Notes under the pieces: generated by a model
Database searches by the model: none
The model's input: only the letters and a program-made list of their open reading frames with translations
What the model was told of the DNA's origin: nothing
Shown here: one piece after another, positions 47,483 through 57,409 of the stretch
Numbering within the stretch: position 1 is the first letter of the stretch
Layout: each line of letters opens with the position of its first letter
Position numbers and translations under genes: made by a program
Assembly: GCA_964633425.1 (NCBI GenBank)
Contig: CAZWFX010000001.1
Location: 74,687-138,686, forward strand
Length of the DNA stretch: 64,000 nucleotides
Direction of reading: 5' to 3'
Source of the DNA: an uncultured Candidatus Saccharibacteria bacterium
GTDB taxonomy: Bacteria; Patescibacteriota; Minisyncoccia; Phycocordibacterales; UBA2100

Positions 47483-50400
47483 GTGCCTACCCTTGGTCAC
47501 CTCTTAGGATTCTTGCTTTCTGGAGACGCTTTTTCGGTGGATTTCGCCGAACATGACTCCGGCAAGATCTACCTCACGTTCTCCCAAACACCCAAAACCA
47601 CCGACGCGGCCGCCGCAAACGACGGCCTTAACCCATCTAACTATACACTTTCCGGAGGCTTCACCAACGATATTGTCTTGGTTGAAACTACCGCAGATCC
47701 GACCATTTTAGCTCTAACGCCGCGATATCCTTTAACAAATGGATATTGGCAGATCCAAGTTGCCGCTGCTGTTGTGGATTCAACTCTGGCCAACACGATG
47801 GGGCTTCCCAACAGTTGGACCTTTTTGGTTGGTGGCATGTTTGAGGCGGAGGTGGTGTCGCAGGGTGCTACGAGTCCGATGGCCCTGGACGTTTTGAATG
47901 AATTTTTGAATCCGGCCTATGTAGGCAAGACCAACTGGGACAACATCATGGAGTCTGTGGCTGTGGCCGAGCAGGTGGCTTATGACAACGCCAGGCTGGC
48001 ATTCGATCAGACCCACATTTCTTCTGCTGTAGGGAAATATCTTACACAGAGGGCCGGAGACGTTGGCCTGGCTCGCCAGCAAGGAGTCTGGCTAACAGAC
48101 GACAAATTCAGGCAATATGTCATTAGATCGACCAATAGGAAGCTAACGGAAGAGTCTCTCCTGTCTCTCTTGGAGGTGTTTTACGGGATTGATTCCGTTC
48201 GTGCCACCTGCACTTCAGTCTTGCCAGAGCCCTATGCTATCACAGAAGGCGATGAGCTGGATGTTTTGATTGACGAGAGGGACTCCTTCAAGGTGGTCTT
48301 CTCTGACACCGACTTCGGGATGCCAGGCCAAGGGACTGCGATTGAGGTGGCTGCGGCCATCACCAGATGGGCGGCTCTGAATGGCTGCACGGCCATTGCT
48401 CTACCGTACCAGGATCCAGAAAGTGGCGAGACGTATGTCAAGATCTATTCCTATGGTATTGGGCTGGGTTCTACCGTACGGGTTACCGGAGGGACCGCTC
48501 AAGAGCACCTACACTTCCCTACATTTCTTGACATTTACACGGCAGATCCACTCCCGTCATGGGACGTCACCTATGACTCCGTAACACAGAGGGTGCGGTT
48601 TACAGTACAGGGCGTCGGAGTGGCCTTAAACCCCAACCTGCAAAGTGTCTTGGTTGGCGATTACGTTAACATTACTGGCACGGAATTTGCAACAGACAAT
48701 CTCGGCAGCTACAAGATCTTGGATCTTTCGGTCGAGTACACGTTCGAAGCCACACCTCAATTGATTATGTGGTTTGAGGTGGAAAATCCAAACGGATTTA
48801 CACAAACAGTAACACAACTAGAAACCAATTCAATCTCGTTTTATCGTCCTACCAAGGTCAACTCTTACGTAAGCCCGGCGACTTCCGTTATCGTGGCCGA
48901 CTTTGAAGATGGAGTTACGGTAAAACTACCCGCGACCTCTTCGGCCGTCGCCCGTGAGCCGTACTATGCCGCGTATCTGCATTCTCCAACAGAAGTGGAA
49001 ATTTCCAGCTATGTTGTAAAAGACGGCACGGCCACCATAACGACATCTACGGCGCATGGTCTGTCTGCTGGACAAAGGATTATGCTGGAGGGGCTCACCC
49101 CAACCAACGTAGAGCCGACCACCACGCCAGCCGTCTCTGGGGTGTCCGCGACGTCGCAGGTGACTGTCTGGTCTTCCACCGACACCGGCGTCATCCATTC
49201 CTATGGATCTATGGCCAAGATCAACGACACTCGCGTGGTAAGTATGCAGGGGTTCGATCACGGAGGGACCCTTTCTTCCATCACATTAACCAACGATGGC
49301 AATACCACAGACATCGTAACGACCGAGGCTGGTGGCCTCAGAACTTCCAATTTTAGTTCCATCGGGACCACCGGAGGAGCAGCGGTGTCTCACTCCAATG
49401 CAGTGCCGTATTCGGTCAACTGGGCGGCCATTCTTGGAGAACCAGGAGCCTTTGTTACTGGCGGAATTCAAGAAAGTACCGGTATCTATTCTGGTAGCAC
49501 CCAGTCTCTGTTTGTGCTGACCGACACCGGAACTGTTACGGTAAACTCAAGCGCCATGACGCAGGCTCACGCAGGTCATGTCATGGGAGCGGTCGGAGAT
49601 GACCTTTACGTCTTCGGAGGAATGGGAGCCAATTGGCAATTTACGATACCCAACTGTATCTCTTTCAACAAGGTAACTGGGACATGGACCACCAGGGACT
49701 CGATGAACAGTCCCGGTCTAAGCCCAAACACATATGCGGCTGGTAGATTCGAAGGAGCGGTTTCGGCCCTCTCCAATGGCGAAGACTTTATGGTCACCGG
49801 AGGAAGGTCGTTGGCCATGGGACCCTACTACGACGGTCCTACAGTGGCTCTGTGGAGGCTAGACGACAGTGCTGCGGCTCCTGGTTATTTTGGACCCTAC
49901 GGCTCTGGCATGACAGGGACCGACACCAACCTGGTAACAGCCGCCCCAACTTCTTACAATGCCAATTCCAAAAATGGCGTGGCGTTCCCACTGGCGACGT
50001 CCAAGCTACAAGGAACCCCCAACGCTGGGCTAATCAACACCCTGGTGTCTAGATCTTTTACGGTCGAAGGATGGTGGAGATACGAAGGCTCTAACCCACA
50101 AAACGCATTTTTTGCAGTTTCGGCTACCGGAGGAGGTACCCCAAATAACCTGCTCTTTGGCTTTGGGCCCAGCTACTCAGCCACCACTAAGTGGGGGATC
50201 TGGTGGGAAAATCAATCAGAGGCCAGAGTCCTTAGAGAGTCTTCTGCCACAATTGCCTCTACCGTTTTAAGGGAGTGGAATTATTGGGCCGTAACCGTTG
50301 CCCCAGATACCGCTGCAGACGAAGTAATCGTTAGTTTGTACATCAATGGCTTGCTGTTGCAGTCCTGGCCTGGAGTCAAGACGGCTTTCGGCGGATCCAA

Positions 50401-51793
50401 CACCACCCTTTACGTTGGCCAAGATCCCAATGCAGGCTACGGAGCCACCGCGTGTGGCGCGGGTATTAGTCAGATTCGCGTCTCTAATATTTGTCGTTCC
50501 GCCACTCAAATCTGGCAAGCCTATACCGAATCAACAGGAGAGGTCTTTTGGCACGTTCCGTCAGATCTATCTCCATCCACGACCACCCCAGACAGAATTG
50601 GCGTGGTTTATAATTCCACCGACGTCTATGATTCCAGCGGGGATTCTTGGACCAAGGGCCCGCCCATGACCTACGCCAGGTTTGGCCATTCTCAGGTCAC
50701 CCTTCCTACTGGAGAAATCTTGGTGGTCGGAGGTATGGGCTACGATCCAACCAAGTTCGGCCTGGGCACCGTTCCTGAGATCCTGAGAGAATGTGAAATT
50801 TGGTCCCCAACTGCCAATCGCTGGAGACCAGCAGGAAGACTTCCTTCCGGAGCCGGTGGATTTGTGGCGGCAGTCCTCAATGGCAATGACGTTTATGTTG
50901 TTGGATCTATTGATGGATTTGCCTACAAGTACGATTCAGTGAAGAGAACTTGGTCTAGGGTGGCCACACAGTATTCACCTGGGACCACCCACCGGCAGGC
51001 GGAATGTCTAAACGACGTGATTGTTGTGACGGGGGGATCTGGGGTCGATGGTCTCGCCGCCGCGAACGACAGGGATCTTCTGGTCTTAAACAGCCCATAC
51101 TTTTACAAGGGATGCATGGATGGGGTCTACGAGGCACTCACGGCGTTTGGATCTACCATTACCGTCTATGACCCCAAGTTTCCAGCGTATGCGGTTGGGA
51201 CTGGTGGGATCGTAACGGCCATGAAGGCGGTGGCGGACACGGATCTAAACATCCCAGGGCCATTTTTAATGTCTCCCACAGAAGGGGTCTTTACCACAAA
51301 GTACAGGACCACATTAAACGAGGATGTATTGGCCAATCAGACTTACACTCAGCTAACCCTAACCGACGTGGCTGACTGGCCAGAAGACGGGTACGTGGTT
51401 ATCAATTTTGGCCAATCAAATCAGATTGGTCCCATCAGGTACTACGCCAAGACCGACGACTACACCATCCTGATAGATGGATCTGTGGTCTTTGACGATG
51501 ACTATGCCATAGGCTCTTACGTGGACGTGTTGGTTAACAATTCCCCCTACGTCCCAGAATCTCCGACCTCACTTGGAGTGTTTTACCTTACGGACTCACC
51601 GTCTGGTAGGGCCGCAGCTCAGAGGGCGGTCGAGGACGCCGTGGCGGCTGGAGTTACCGCCAATATTTCCATCGCCTATCCGGGAGATCGGGGTCTTGGC
51701 GCAGAAGGATACGCCCAGTCTGGATCTGGCAAGCTCTCTGATGTCGTAGAGGTCTTTGCCCATGAATCTGATGGCTTGCAGGAGGACACGTAA
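47483..51793 (+). CDS. Giant tail/baseplate protein (1436 aa) with Kelch-type beta-propeller repeats and a LamG-like domain
   Basis: Kelch-like repeats VGDDLYVFGGMG, GEILVVGGMGYD, NGNDVYVVGS, NDVIVVTGG. LamG-like segment TVEGWWRYEGS...WNYWAVTV...LYINGLL. The start is uncertain because the GTG overlaps the AGGAGG. Confidence 0.45.
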   Translation: MPTLGHLLGFLLSGDAFSVDFAEHDSGKIYLTFSQTPKTTDAAAANDGLNPSNYTLSGGFTNDIVLVETTADPTILALTPRYPLTNGYWQIQVAAAVVDSTLANTMGLPNSWTFLVGGMFEAEVVSQGATSPMALDVLNEFLNPAYVGKTNWDNIMESVAVAEQVAYDNARLAFDQTHISSAVGKYLTQRAGDVGLARQQGVWLTDDKFRQYVIRSTNRKLTEESLLSLLEVFYGIDSVRATCTSVLPEPYAITEGDELDVLIDERDSFKVVFSDTDFGMPGQGTAIEVAAAITRWAALNGCTAIALPYQDPESGETYVKIYSYGIGLGSTVRVTGGTAQEHLHFPTFLDIYTADPLPSWDVTYDSVTQRVRFTVQGVGVALNPNLQSVLVGDYVNITGTEFATDNLGSYKILDLSVEYTFEATPQLIMWFEVENPNGFTQTVTQLETNSISFYRPTKVNSYVSPATSVIVADFEDGVTVKLPATSSAVAREPYYAAYLHSPTEVEISSYVVKDGTATITTSTAHGLSAGQRIMLEGLTPTNVEPTTTPAVSGVSATSQVTVWSSTDTGVIHSYGSMAKINDTRVVSMQGFDHGGTLSSITLTNDGNTTDIVTTEAGGLRTSNFSSIGTTGGAAVSHSNAVPYSVNWAAILGEPGAFVTGGIQESTGIYSGSTQSLFVLTDTGTVTVNSSAMTQAHAGHVMGAVGDDLYVFGGMGANWQFTIPNCISFNKVTGTWTTRDSMNSPGLSPNTYAAGRFEGAVSALSNGEDFMVTGGRSLAMGPYYDGPTVALWRLDDSAAAPGYFGPYGSGMTGTDTNLVTAAPTSYNANSKNGVAFPLATSKLQGTPNAGLINTLVSRSFTVEGWWRYEGSNPQNAFFAVSATGGGTPNNLLFGFGPSYSATTKWGIWWENQSEARVLRESSATIASTVLREWNYWAVTVAPDTAADEVIVSLYINGLLLQSWPGVKTAFGGSNTTLYVGQDPNAGYGATACGAGISQIRVSNICRSATQIWQAYTESTGEVFWHVPSDLSPSTTTPDRIGVVYNSTDVYDSSGDSWTKGPPMTYARFGHSQVTLPTGEILVVGGMGYDPTKFGLGTVPEILRECEIWSPTANRWRPAGRLPSGAGGFVAAVLNGNDVYVVGSIDGFAYKYDSVKRTWSRVATQYSPGTTHRQAECLNDVIVVTGGSGVDGLAAANDRDLLVLNSPYFYKGCMDGVYEALTAFGSTITVYDPKFPAYAVGTGGIVTAMKAVADTDLNIPGPFLMSPTEGVFTTKYRTTLNEDVLANQTYTQLTLTDVADWPEDGYVVINFGQSNQIGPIRYYAKTDDYTILIDGSVVFDDDYAIGSYVDVLVNNSPYVPESPTSLGVFYLTDSPSGRAAAQRAVEDAVAAGVTANISIAYPGDRGLGAEGYAQSGSGKLSDVVEVFAHESDGLQEDT

Positions 51794-52231
51794 ATGCAAT
51801 CACTTAACCTAATGCACGGAGCCGGGGTCCTTTGTTACTTTAACGGGGTCCTGCTTGGGCGTGTCACAGAATTCAGCTATGAGTATTCGGTTGGAGGAAA
51901 GGCGATTAGGGGCCTGGATTTCGCCATGCCCTTTGAGCTGCCTGACGGTAGCATTTCTGTGACCGGTACTATCAAATTATTGAGGCTGTCTGGCGACGGC
52001 GGGGCCCAGGGCATCGGGGCCTTACCCCAAGTCCACGAATTTGGCAACCTAAAGTACAGCACGTTAATGATACTTGACAGGAACACTGGAAGGCCTGTGT
52101 TTAAGAGTGATTATTGTAAGGTAACCTCTGAAAGCTGGGGGGTTCCGGCCAAAGACTTGGTTCGTGGCTCTATTTCCTTTACTGCCATTGGCTTTAGCAA
52201 TGAGGTAGCCACGAGCAATTTGGTGTATTAG
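51794..52231 (+). CDS. Hypothetical virion protein
   Basis: ORF between the structural genes. Confidence 0.4.
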   Translation: MQSLNLMHGAGVLCYFNGVLLGRVTEFSYEYSVGGKAIRGLDFAMPFELPDGSISVTGTIKLLRLSGDGGAQGIGALPQVHEFGNLKYSTLMILDRNTGRPVFKSDYCKVTSESWGVPAKDLVRGSISFTAIGFSNEVATSNLVY

Positions 52232-52296
52232 CGATTGTGGCGTTTTGCCACATGTGGTCCGTAGCCTCAACAACACAGTAATCTTTGTAGAGACAA

Positions 52297-55200
52297 ATGA
52301 GCGTAACTAGGTCTAAAAATTGGGTGGCAGGTCAGCGAGTTGATGTCCCCCATCTTCGTGAAGTGGATAGTTCAGTAGCCGGTGACTTCGATGTCCTGGC
52401 CGGACACATCCTGGCAGGAAACGTATCCTTAATCGTCAATGGTTTTAGGATCTTAACCACCGGTCTGGTTGGTCAGCCAGCCACGACCATCCAGGTGGTA
52501 ACTGCAGGGTCTGGTCTTATTCATCCACTGGCGACGTCTAGCGGATCCATCCACAAAGTCCCGGAAGATCGAGACACCGAGGTTTTGTCTACGACGAACG
52601 CGAGGGTAACCGGGTCTTTTACGACATCGGCGGTAAATTACATTGGGATTGATCTGGTCAGGGTAGCCGACGACGACACCTCAGACACGGTTCAGTTTAT
52701 TGATGAGGCGACCAGGCAAGAGGTACCCAAAAGGGTCCCTTTGGCCAAGACCATGGATTACAAGATTCATGTTTCCACCCAGGACTTTACTTCGACGCCT
52801 GGGCTGGCACCTCTGGCCATTGTAACCACCGATGCTTCAAACAACGTAGTCACAGTTCAAGACGCCAGGGATTTGTTCTTTAGGTTGGGTGATGGCGGGA
52901 CCTTACCCGATGGGCTGGCGACCTATGTTTGGCCAGACAGGACGGAGGCTGCGGACAATTTTGAGTCTGGTGACAAATCTCTGGCCAGTTTCAAGGAATG
53001 GGTGGACGCTGTCCTAACCCGGATTTGGGAACTTGGCGGCGGTGAATACTGGTACTCGCCTACAGCAGATCGTAACGTCAGGATGATCCGGACCGGGTCG
53101 GCCATTGTCAGTTCCGGGGACTGGTTTGCCTGGGACGGCACTAACGTTTCATGGCAAGGCCTCAAGGTCATCTTTGACAACTCTACCGGGTATTACAACG
53201 AGATTAAGGATCAGATTGCAACCTCTGCTGGTCTAACAGATCTGGCTGACGGCGAGTGTATCTACGTTGACCTTGATCGTACGCAGAACCTCAGTGGAGG
53301 ATCTGCTCTGCAGCCAGTCAAGGCTGTGATGTCAACACTTGGAACTCCAAGTGTTCCTGGATCTAGATTCGTCTTCCTTTGGAGGATCGGTTCGGAAGTA
53401 TTTAGCCGAGATGGTCAGTGGAAGGTCAACGCAGCCCTGCCGCCAGCCACCACATCGGCCATCGGCGCGGTTAAACTAAATCAGACACCAGGATCGTCTT
53501 CGGCACCGGTAGTTCCGGCCATTGACACCAACGGCCTCATCTCGGTCACCGCGACGGTAGTTGGATCTACGTCCTACTATGCGGTAAACGGAGTCGGTGC
53601 TAACTCTGGGGCCAACACCAGCTCTTCTGGCGTTAAGGGCACCGGAGGCACTTCGTCTTCGGGCGGATCTTTCCACGGAGGAAACGGGATCGAGGGTGTC
53701 GGAGGCGCATCTGACTTTGGAAATGCCGGAATTGGAGTTAAGGGTACGGGCGGAGCTGCGACCAATGCAGCCGGTGCTGCAGCCAGGGGAGGTTCTTTCA
53801 CAGGAGGCAATGGAACTGGCGCAGGAGCCGCTGGCGTAGGTGTTTATGCTACAGGAGGAACCACCGGAGCAGCTGGGGCACAGGGAGCTGGAGTCCAAGC
53901 CGTTGGAGCAAATAACGCAGGAGGTGCCGGAGACGCAGGAACTGGTGTTATTGCTACAGGAGGGACCAATACCACAGGGTCCGCTGGTTCTGGAGTAGAA
54001 GCTACCGGCGGATCTGTGTCTAATGCCGCAGGAACGGCAGGTGTCGGTGGAATTTTTGTTGGAGGAGACTCTACAGGAGCAGGAACCGGAGCGGCAGGCG
54101 TAACTACTGTTGGAGGAACCTCTGGTGCTGCAGGAGGTAGCGGAAACGGACTAGAAGCCACCGGAGGATCTAATACTTCTGGTGCAGCCGGTAATGGACT
54201 GGCCGGAACAGGCGGTGCCACAACTTCAGGAGATGCCGGGGCTGGACTTGTTGCTCAAGGCGGAGCTGCCACAACAGGAACGCCAGGAACAGGAGCCGCT
54301 GTTACTGGCGGCAATGCCTCTTCAGGAAACACCGACGGAGGGACGGGAGCAACTATAACCTCCGGGAACGGGAACGGCACCGGACATGCCGGCTCTGGTC
54401 TTGTCGTGTACTCCGGAAGTGGGAAGACAAGTCCTGGTGTGGCCATTGTTAAGTCTACCCACGACTCAACTACAGATTACGCAAATTCCCAAGGAGAACA
54501 GCTTTCTCTTCAGAAAAGCGTGTCGGCTGGAGGCAAGGATCAGGTAGACGCCTCCCTTGTCGTCTATGATTACGGTTCGAACAAGCTTTTCCACATTCCA
54601 CAATTTGGGGCTCCGTCTTCTAGATACGCGAGCTTTAAGGAGTCTTGGACGCAGGGCTCGACGTCTGAGGTCGAGGCTATGTCTTGGACCAAATCCGTAG
54701 ACACAGGTGGCGGAGTGGGTACCTATTCTCTTAATGGTCCCAGCTACGCCTCTTCCTATAGAGGCAACTACGTTACGCTGTCCTCTCAAGGGTCTTCGTC
54801 TACGGCACATGCCAGGCTTGAAACCACCAGGGCAATGTTCCCGTTACCCACGATTACTGGCCAGACCGGTTACGTAAGTTACTTGAGTGCTGAGATGATT
54901 GTTGGCGTGGCAAACACCGAAGCCAATTCGGACCTGAATCTGTGGGTTGGATTTTCAACAGATCCTTCCGATCCTACAGGATCCGGCAACGGTACGATTG
55001 CCTTTAGATACCTTGAAGGAACCGATACCGGCACCAACTGGTACGCCTACACCAAGGCAGCAGGCGGTACCGGAGGATCTTACGAGACCGCCACCACAAC
55101 AGGCAAGTCTATTACCAATACGGCGATTCCGTCAAAGACCTTGAAGATCGAACTTTATGGAGCAAACACGGAGAGATCTGGTGGTAGTGGTACGGCGGTG

Positions 55201-55374
55201 TTCTGGGTTGATGGGGACGTCGTATTGGTGACTACCTCTACGATGCCGACCAACGCACCCGTAAAGTTCTTTGTATCAAGTGCGTCCGATCCAATTCCGC
55301 TTCCGCTATTTTCAACAGACCTACATGTAGGTGAAATTAGTATACATTGGGTGGTTCAGGGCCCAACCCGCTAA
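52297..55374 (+). CDS. Gly-rich tail fibre protein (1025 aa)
   Basis: A long array of GGxxGxxG-type repeats (ATGGTTGAAGAQGAGV...) from ~53580 to 54420. TAATCTTTGTAG late motif upstream. Confidence 0.5.
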   Translation: MSVTRSKNWVAGQRVDVPHLREVDSSVAGDFDVLAGHILAGNVSLIVNGFRILTTGLVGQPATTIQVVTAGSGLIHPLATSSGSIHKVPEDRDTEVLSTTNARVTGSFTTSAVNYIGIDLVRVADDDTSDTVQFIDEATRQEVPKRVPLAKTMDYKIHVSTQDFTSTPGLAPLAIVTTDASNNVVTVQDARDLFFRLGDGGTLPDGLATYVWPDRTEAADNFESGDKSLASFKEWVDAVLTRIWELGGGEYWYSPTADRNVRMIRTGSAIVSSGDWFAWDGTNVSWQGLKVIFDNSTGYYNEIKDQIATSAGLTDLADGECIYVDLDRTQNLSGGSALQPVKAVMSTLGTPSVPGSRFVFLWRIGSEVFSRDGQWKVNAALPPATTSAIGAVKLNQTPGSSSAPVVPAIDTNGLISVTATVVGSTSYYAVNGVGANSGANTSSSGVKGTGGTSSSGGSFHGGNGIEGVGGASDFGNAGIGVKGTGGAATNAAGAAARGGSFTGGNGTGAGAAGVGVYATGGTTGAAGAQGAGVQAVGANNAGGAGDAGTGVIATGGTNTTGSAGSGVEATGGSVSNAAGTAGVGGIFVGGDSTGAGTGAAGVTTVGGTSGAAGGSGNGLEATGGSNTSGAAGNGLAGTGGATTSGDAGAGLVAQGGAATTGTPGTGAAVTGGNASSGNTDGGTGATITSGNGNGTGHAGSGLVVYSGSGKTSPGVAIVKSTHDSTTDYANSQGEQLSLQKSVSAGGKDQVDASLVVYDYGSNKLFHIPQFGAPSSRYASFKESWTQGSTSEVEAMSWTKSVDTGGGVGTYSLNGPSYASSYRGNYVTLSSQGSSSTAHARLETTRAMFPLPTITGQTGYVSYLSAEMIVGVANTEANSDLNLWVGFSTDPSDPTGSGNGTIAFRYLEGTDTGTNWYAYTKAAGGTGGSYETATTTGKSITNTAIPSKTLKIELYGANTERSGGSGTAVFWVDGDVVLVTTSTMPTNAPVKFFVSSASDPIPLPLFSTDLHVGEISIHWVVQGPTR

Positions 55375-55844
55375 TCGCAAGTGTACTCCACTAGGAGTTG
55401 ATAGTCTTCCGGGGTTAGTTCCGAAACCCCACAAACCGTCCCATTCATCAAATGACATCCTGGGTGCAGGGTCTCATCCATGTGGGCCTGGATTCCGATG
55501 ATGTGGCCCATTTCGTGAGCTACCACGTCTGGACCGGCTCCGTTAGCCACCCAAAAAATTGCGTCGACTGCAATTGAATAGCCCCACAGGGTAAGGCTGG
55601 CCTTTGCGTCCATTTGTTCTGCTCTAATAAACATCTGTCCTGGAATTGGATGTCCCACCTTGAATCGGTAACCGGCTGGTACCCAAAAGTCCAGGCCTTT
55701 TTGGACTACCTCGTCTGAGAGTCCGGAGTTGTTTTGGACTATGTATTCTTGGCCTGTGTTGTAGTAATTCTGGCACTCAATTTTGCCACAACCACCAAGG
55801 AGAAACGCCAACGACAACATCAATGCGGACATGTTTTTGCTCAT
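55371..55844 (-). CDS. Secreted lipoprotein metzincin-like zinc peptidase
   Basis: Lipobox LLGGCG. HEMGHIIGIQAH matches HExxHxxGxxH. A sigma70-like promoter lies immediately upstream. Confidence 0.55.
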   Translation of the reverse strand: MSKNMSALMLSLAFLLGGCGKIECQNYYNTGQEYIVQNNSGLSDEVVQKGLDFWVPAGYRFKVGHPIPGQMFIRAEQMDAKASLTLWGYSIAVDAIFWVANGAGPDVVAHEMGHIIGIQAHMDETLHPGCHLMNGTVCGVSELTPEDYQLLVEYTCD

Positions 55845-55850
55845 GTCCTC

Positions 55851-55880
55851 ACTCTAAGCAAGAGCGGGCCGGGTTGTCAA
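55851..55880 (-). promoter_or_regulatory. Sigma70-like promoter TTGACA-18-TAGAGT for the metzincin lipoprotein gene
   Basis: The minus strand reads agggcTTGACAacccggcccgctcttgctTAGAGTgaggacATG. The -10 lies 6 nt from the ATG, so the transcript would be leaderless. Confidence 0.4.
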
Positions 55881-55883
55881 GCC

Positions 55884-56501
55884 CTATTTTAGCTCTTTGG
55901 GTTTCTTTGCCAGGACTGGCATTTTGGGGCCCTTCTTTACGAAGGGCTTGATCTCCACAGACTTGGGCTCCGGAGTTTGCTCGACCGGCTCGGAAACAAC
56001 CGCAGCACGGACCTCTACGGCCTTGGCCTCGGACGAGACAGGGGACACTTCGATTTCAGGGTCCTTTACCTTGAACTCAAAGGCCACCCCTGGCTTCTTT
56101 GAAGCGGCCAAATCCTCCGCTGCCTTAATGGCCTCGGCTGAAATTTCTCGGGGAACAACACCCTTGGCGTTTCGGGTATTCTCCTCTTCCTCTAACCTAA
56201 GACGTTCGGCCTCTTCCTCCGCAAGACGAGCAACCTCTCGGGCTGTTCTTGCCGCAGCCTCTTCCCGAGCGATCCTTGCCGCTGTAGCGGCGGCCTTTTC
56301 GGCCTTGGCTTTTTCCCATTCCTCGGCCTTGGCTTCGTAGTTTTCTAGTTTAAAGATTTTACCAGGGATGGGATCTCCACTAACCAAAACGGCCAGTCCA
56401 GCTTCTTCCAGCTCAACGGCCTGTTCGCTCGTGACTTCAACGCAGTGTTCTGGCCAGATCCCCAAAATCTTCTGGGAAGTTCTATTTTGTAAGACTTTCA
56501 T
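55884..56501 (-). CDS. Hypothetical Ala/Glu-rich coiled-coil protein
   Basis: ORF between the tailspike and the peptidase. Confidence 0.35.
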   Translation of the reverse strand: MKVLQNRTSQKILGIWPEHCVEVTSEQAVELEEAGLAVLVSGDPIPGKIFKLENYEAKAEEWEKAKAEKAAATAARIAREEAAARTAREVARLAEEEAERLRLEEEENTRNAKGVVPREISAEAIKAAEDLAASKKPGVAFEFKVKDPEIEVSPVSSEAKAVEVRAAVVSEPVEQTPEPKSVEIKPFVKKGPKMPVLAKKPKELK

Positions 56502-57409
56502 TAGTAGGCTTCCTTGTTAAGGTATAAGAAGATCTGTGCTCCAGGTGTGGCTGCTACGGTGTTTAGGGCTCTTCCCAAGATATTTCCAGAAACCACCTTT
56601 TTCCCATACCCTCCAGTGGCCCCGGAAACTCCAACAGCATCTCCTGCACCTTGATTTGTGCTGGCTGTTCCTGCAAACCAGCAACGCTCCATAATAAAGC
56701 CGGTGTCTGAGGCAGTTACTAGAAACTCCGAAGCTCCTGATTGCTGTAAACCAAAGAACTGGCAGTCGTGGACATAGGCCTGTCCCATGTCGTGTAGGTA
56801 CAATAACGAATACTGGAGATCCGCCCCGATTAAGGAATTCCCATGGAACAGTAAGTGATCGATCTCGACTCTGGCGCGGCCATCGGTTCCGCCTATGTTT
56901 AGAAGAGCAAAGGCTCCGTTATTTGAGTCCAGGTAAATACGCGATTTACTGCCTTCTCCGGTGAGTCGAATCGTCTCGTCGTCCGTAGCACCAAAGGTTA
57001 GGGTGGTCAGTGCGGCTGTTACTCTAAATGTACCTCGTGGAAAGTAGACAGTGCCTCCAGCAGAGGCCGCCGTCAGAGCCGCACTAATCGCTGAGGTGTC
57101 ATCCGTAACCCCATCCCCTACAGCACCATAATCAGTTACGTTATAGACATCAAGCCCGGTCCCTCCACCGGCCGCAGCTGCCCACTCCAGACCAGTCGTC
57201 TGAGCGGAATTTGCTGTCAACACATAGCCGTTGGTTCCCGCAGCCAACTGTACCCAGTCCGTTCCAGTGTTGGCTAGGATCTGCCCCTTCGAGCCATTCA
57301 ACGGGAACCCATCCGGAGTCTCCCACTCCAAATTCTCCGAAATTGTGCCGTCCGTGTTCCTTTTGGTAATTTGAAGGTTGGAGTCGACGATGTTGATCTT
57401 TACGCTCAT
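56501..57409 (-). CDS. Tailspike / depolymerase-like protein with a pectate-lyase-superfamily beta-helix
   Basis: VTDYGAVGDGVTDDTSAI is a hallmark of pectate_lyase_3 / GH28-like tailspikes. The N-terminal QILANTGTDWVQLAAGTNGYVLTANSAQTTGLEWAA is homologous to the N-terminus of the 42594 fibre. AATCTTTGTGGTAG lies upstream on the minus strand. Confidence 0.6.
   Translation of the reverse strand: MSVKINIVDSNLQITKRNTDGTISENLEWETPDGFPLNGSKGQILANTGTDWVQLAAGTNGYVLTANSAQTTGLEWAAAAGGGTGLDVYNVTDYGAVGDGVTDDTSAISAALTAASAGGTVYFPRGTFRVTAALTTLTFGATDDETIRLTGEGSKSRIYLDSNNGAFALLNIGGTDGRARVEIDHLLFHGNSLIGADLQYSLLYLHDMGQAYVHDCQFFGLQQSGASEFLVTASDTGFIMERCWFAGTASTNQGAGDAVGVSGATGGYGKKVVSGNILGRALNTVAATPGAQIFLYLNKEAY

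Noticed and set aside
53476-54446. Several Pro/Ala-rich ORFs on the minus strand and in alternative plus frames (e.g. 53844-54221, 53577-53810, 54255-54446)
   Set aside because: They lie antisense or out of frame to the GGN-rich Gly repeat array of the 1025-aa fibre. The GGx codons read as xCC = Pro/Ala, so these are compositional artefacts.
55413-55432. GGGGTT-8nt-AACCCC hairpin as terminator after the Gly-rich fibre
   Set aside because: It lies inside the coding sequence of the antisense peptidase gene, and it has no T-tract.
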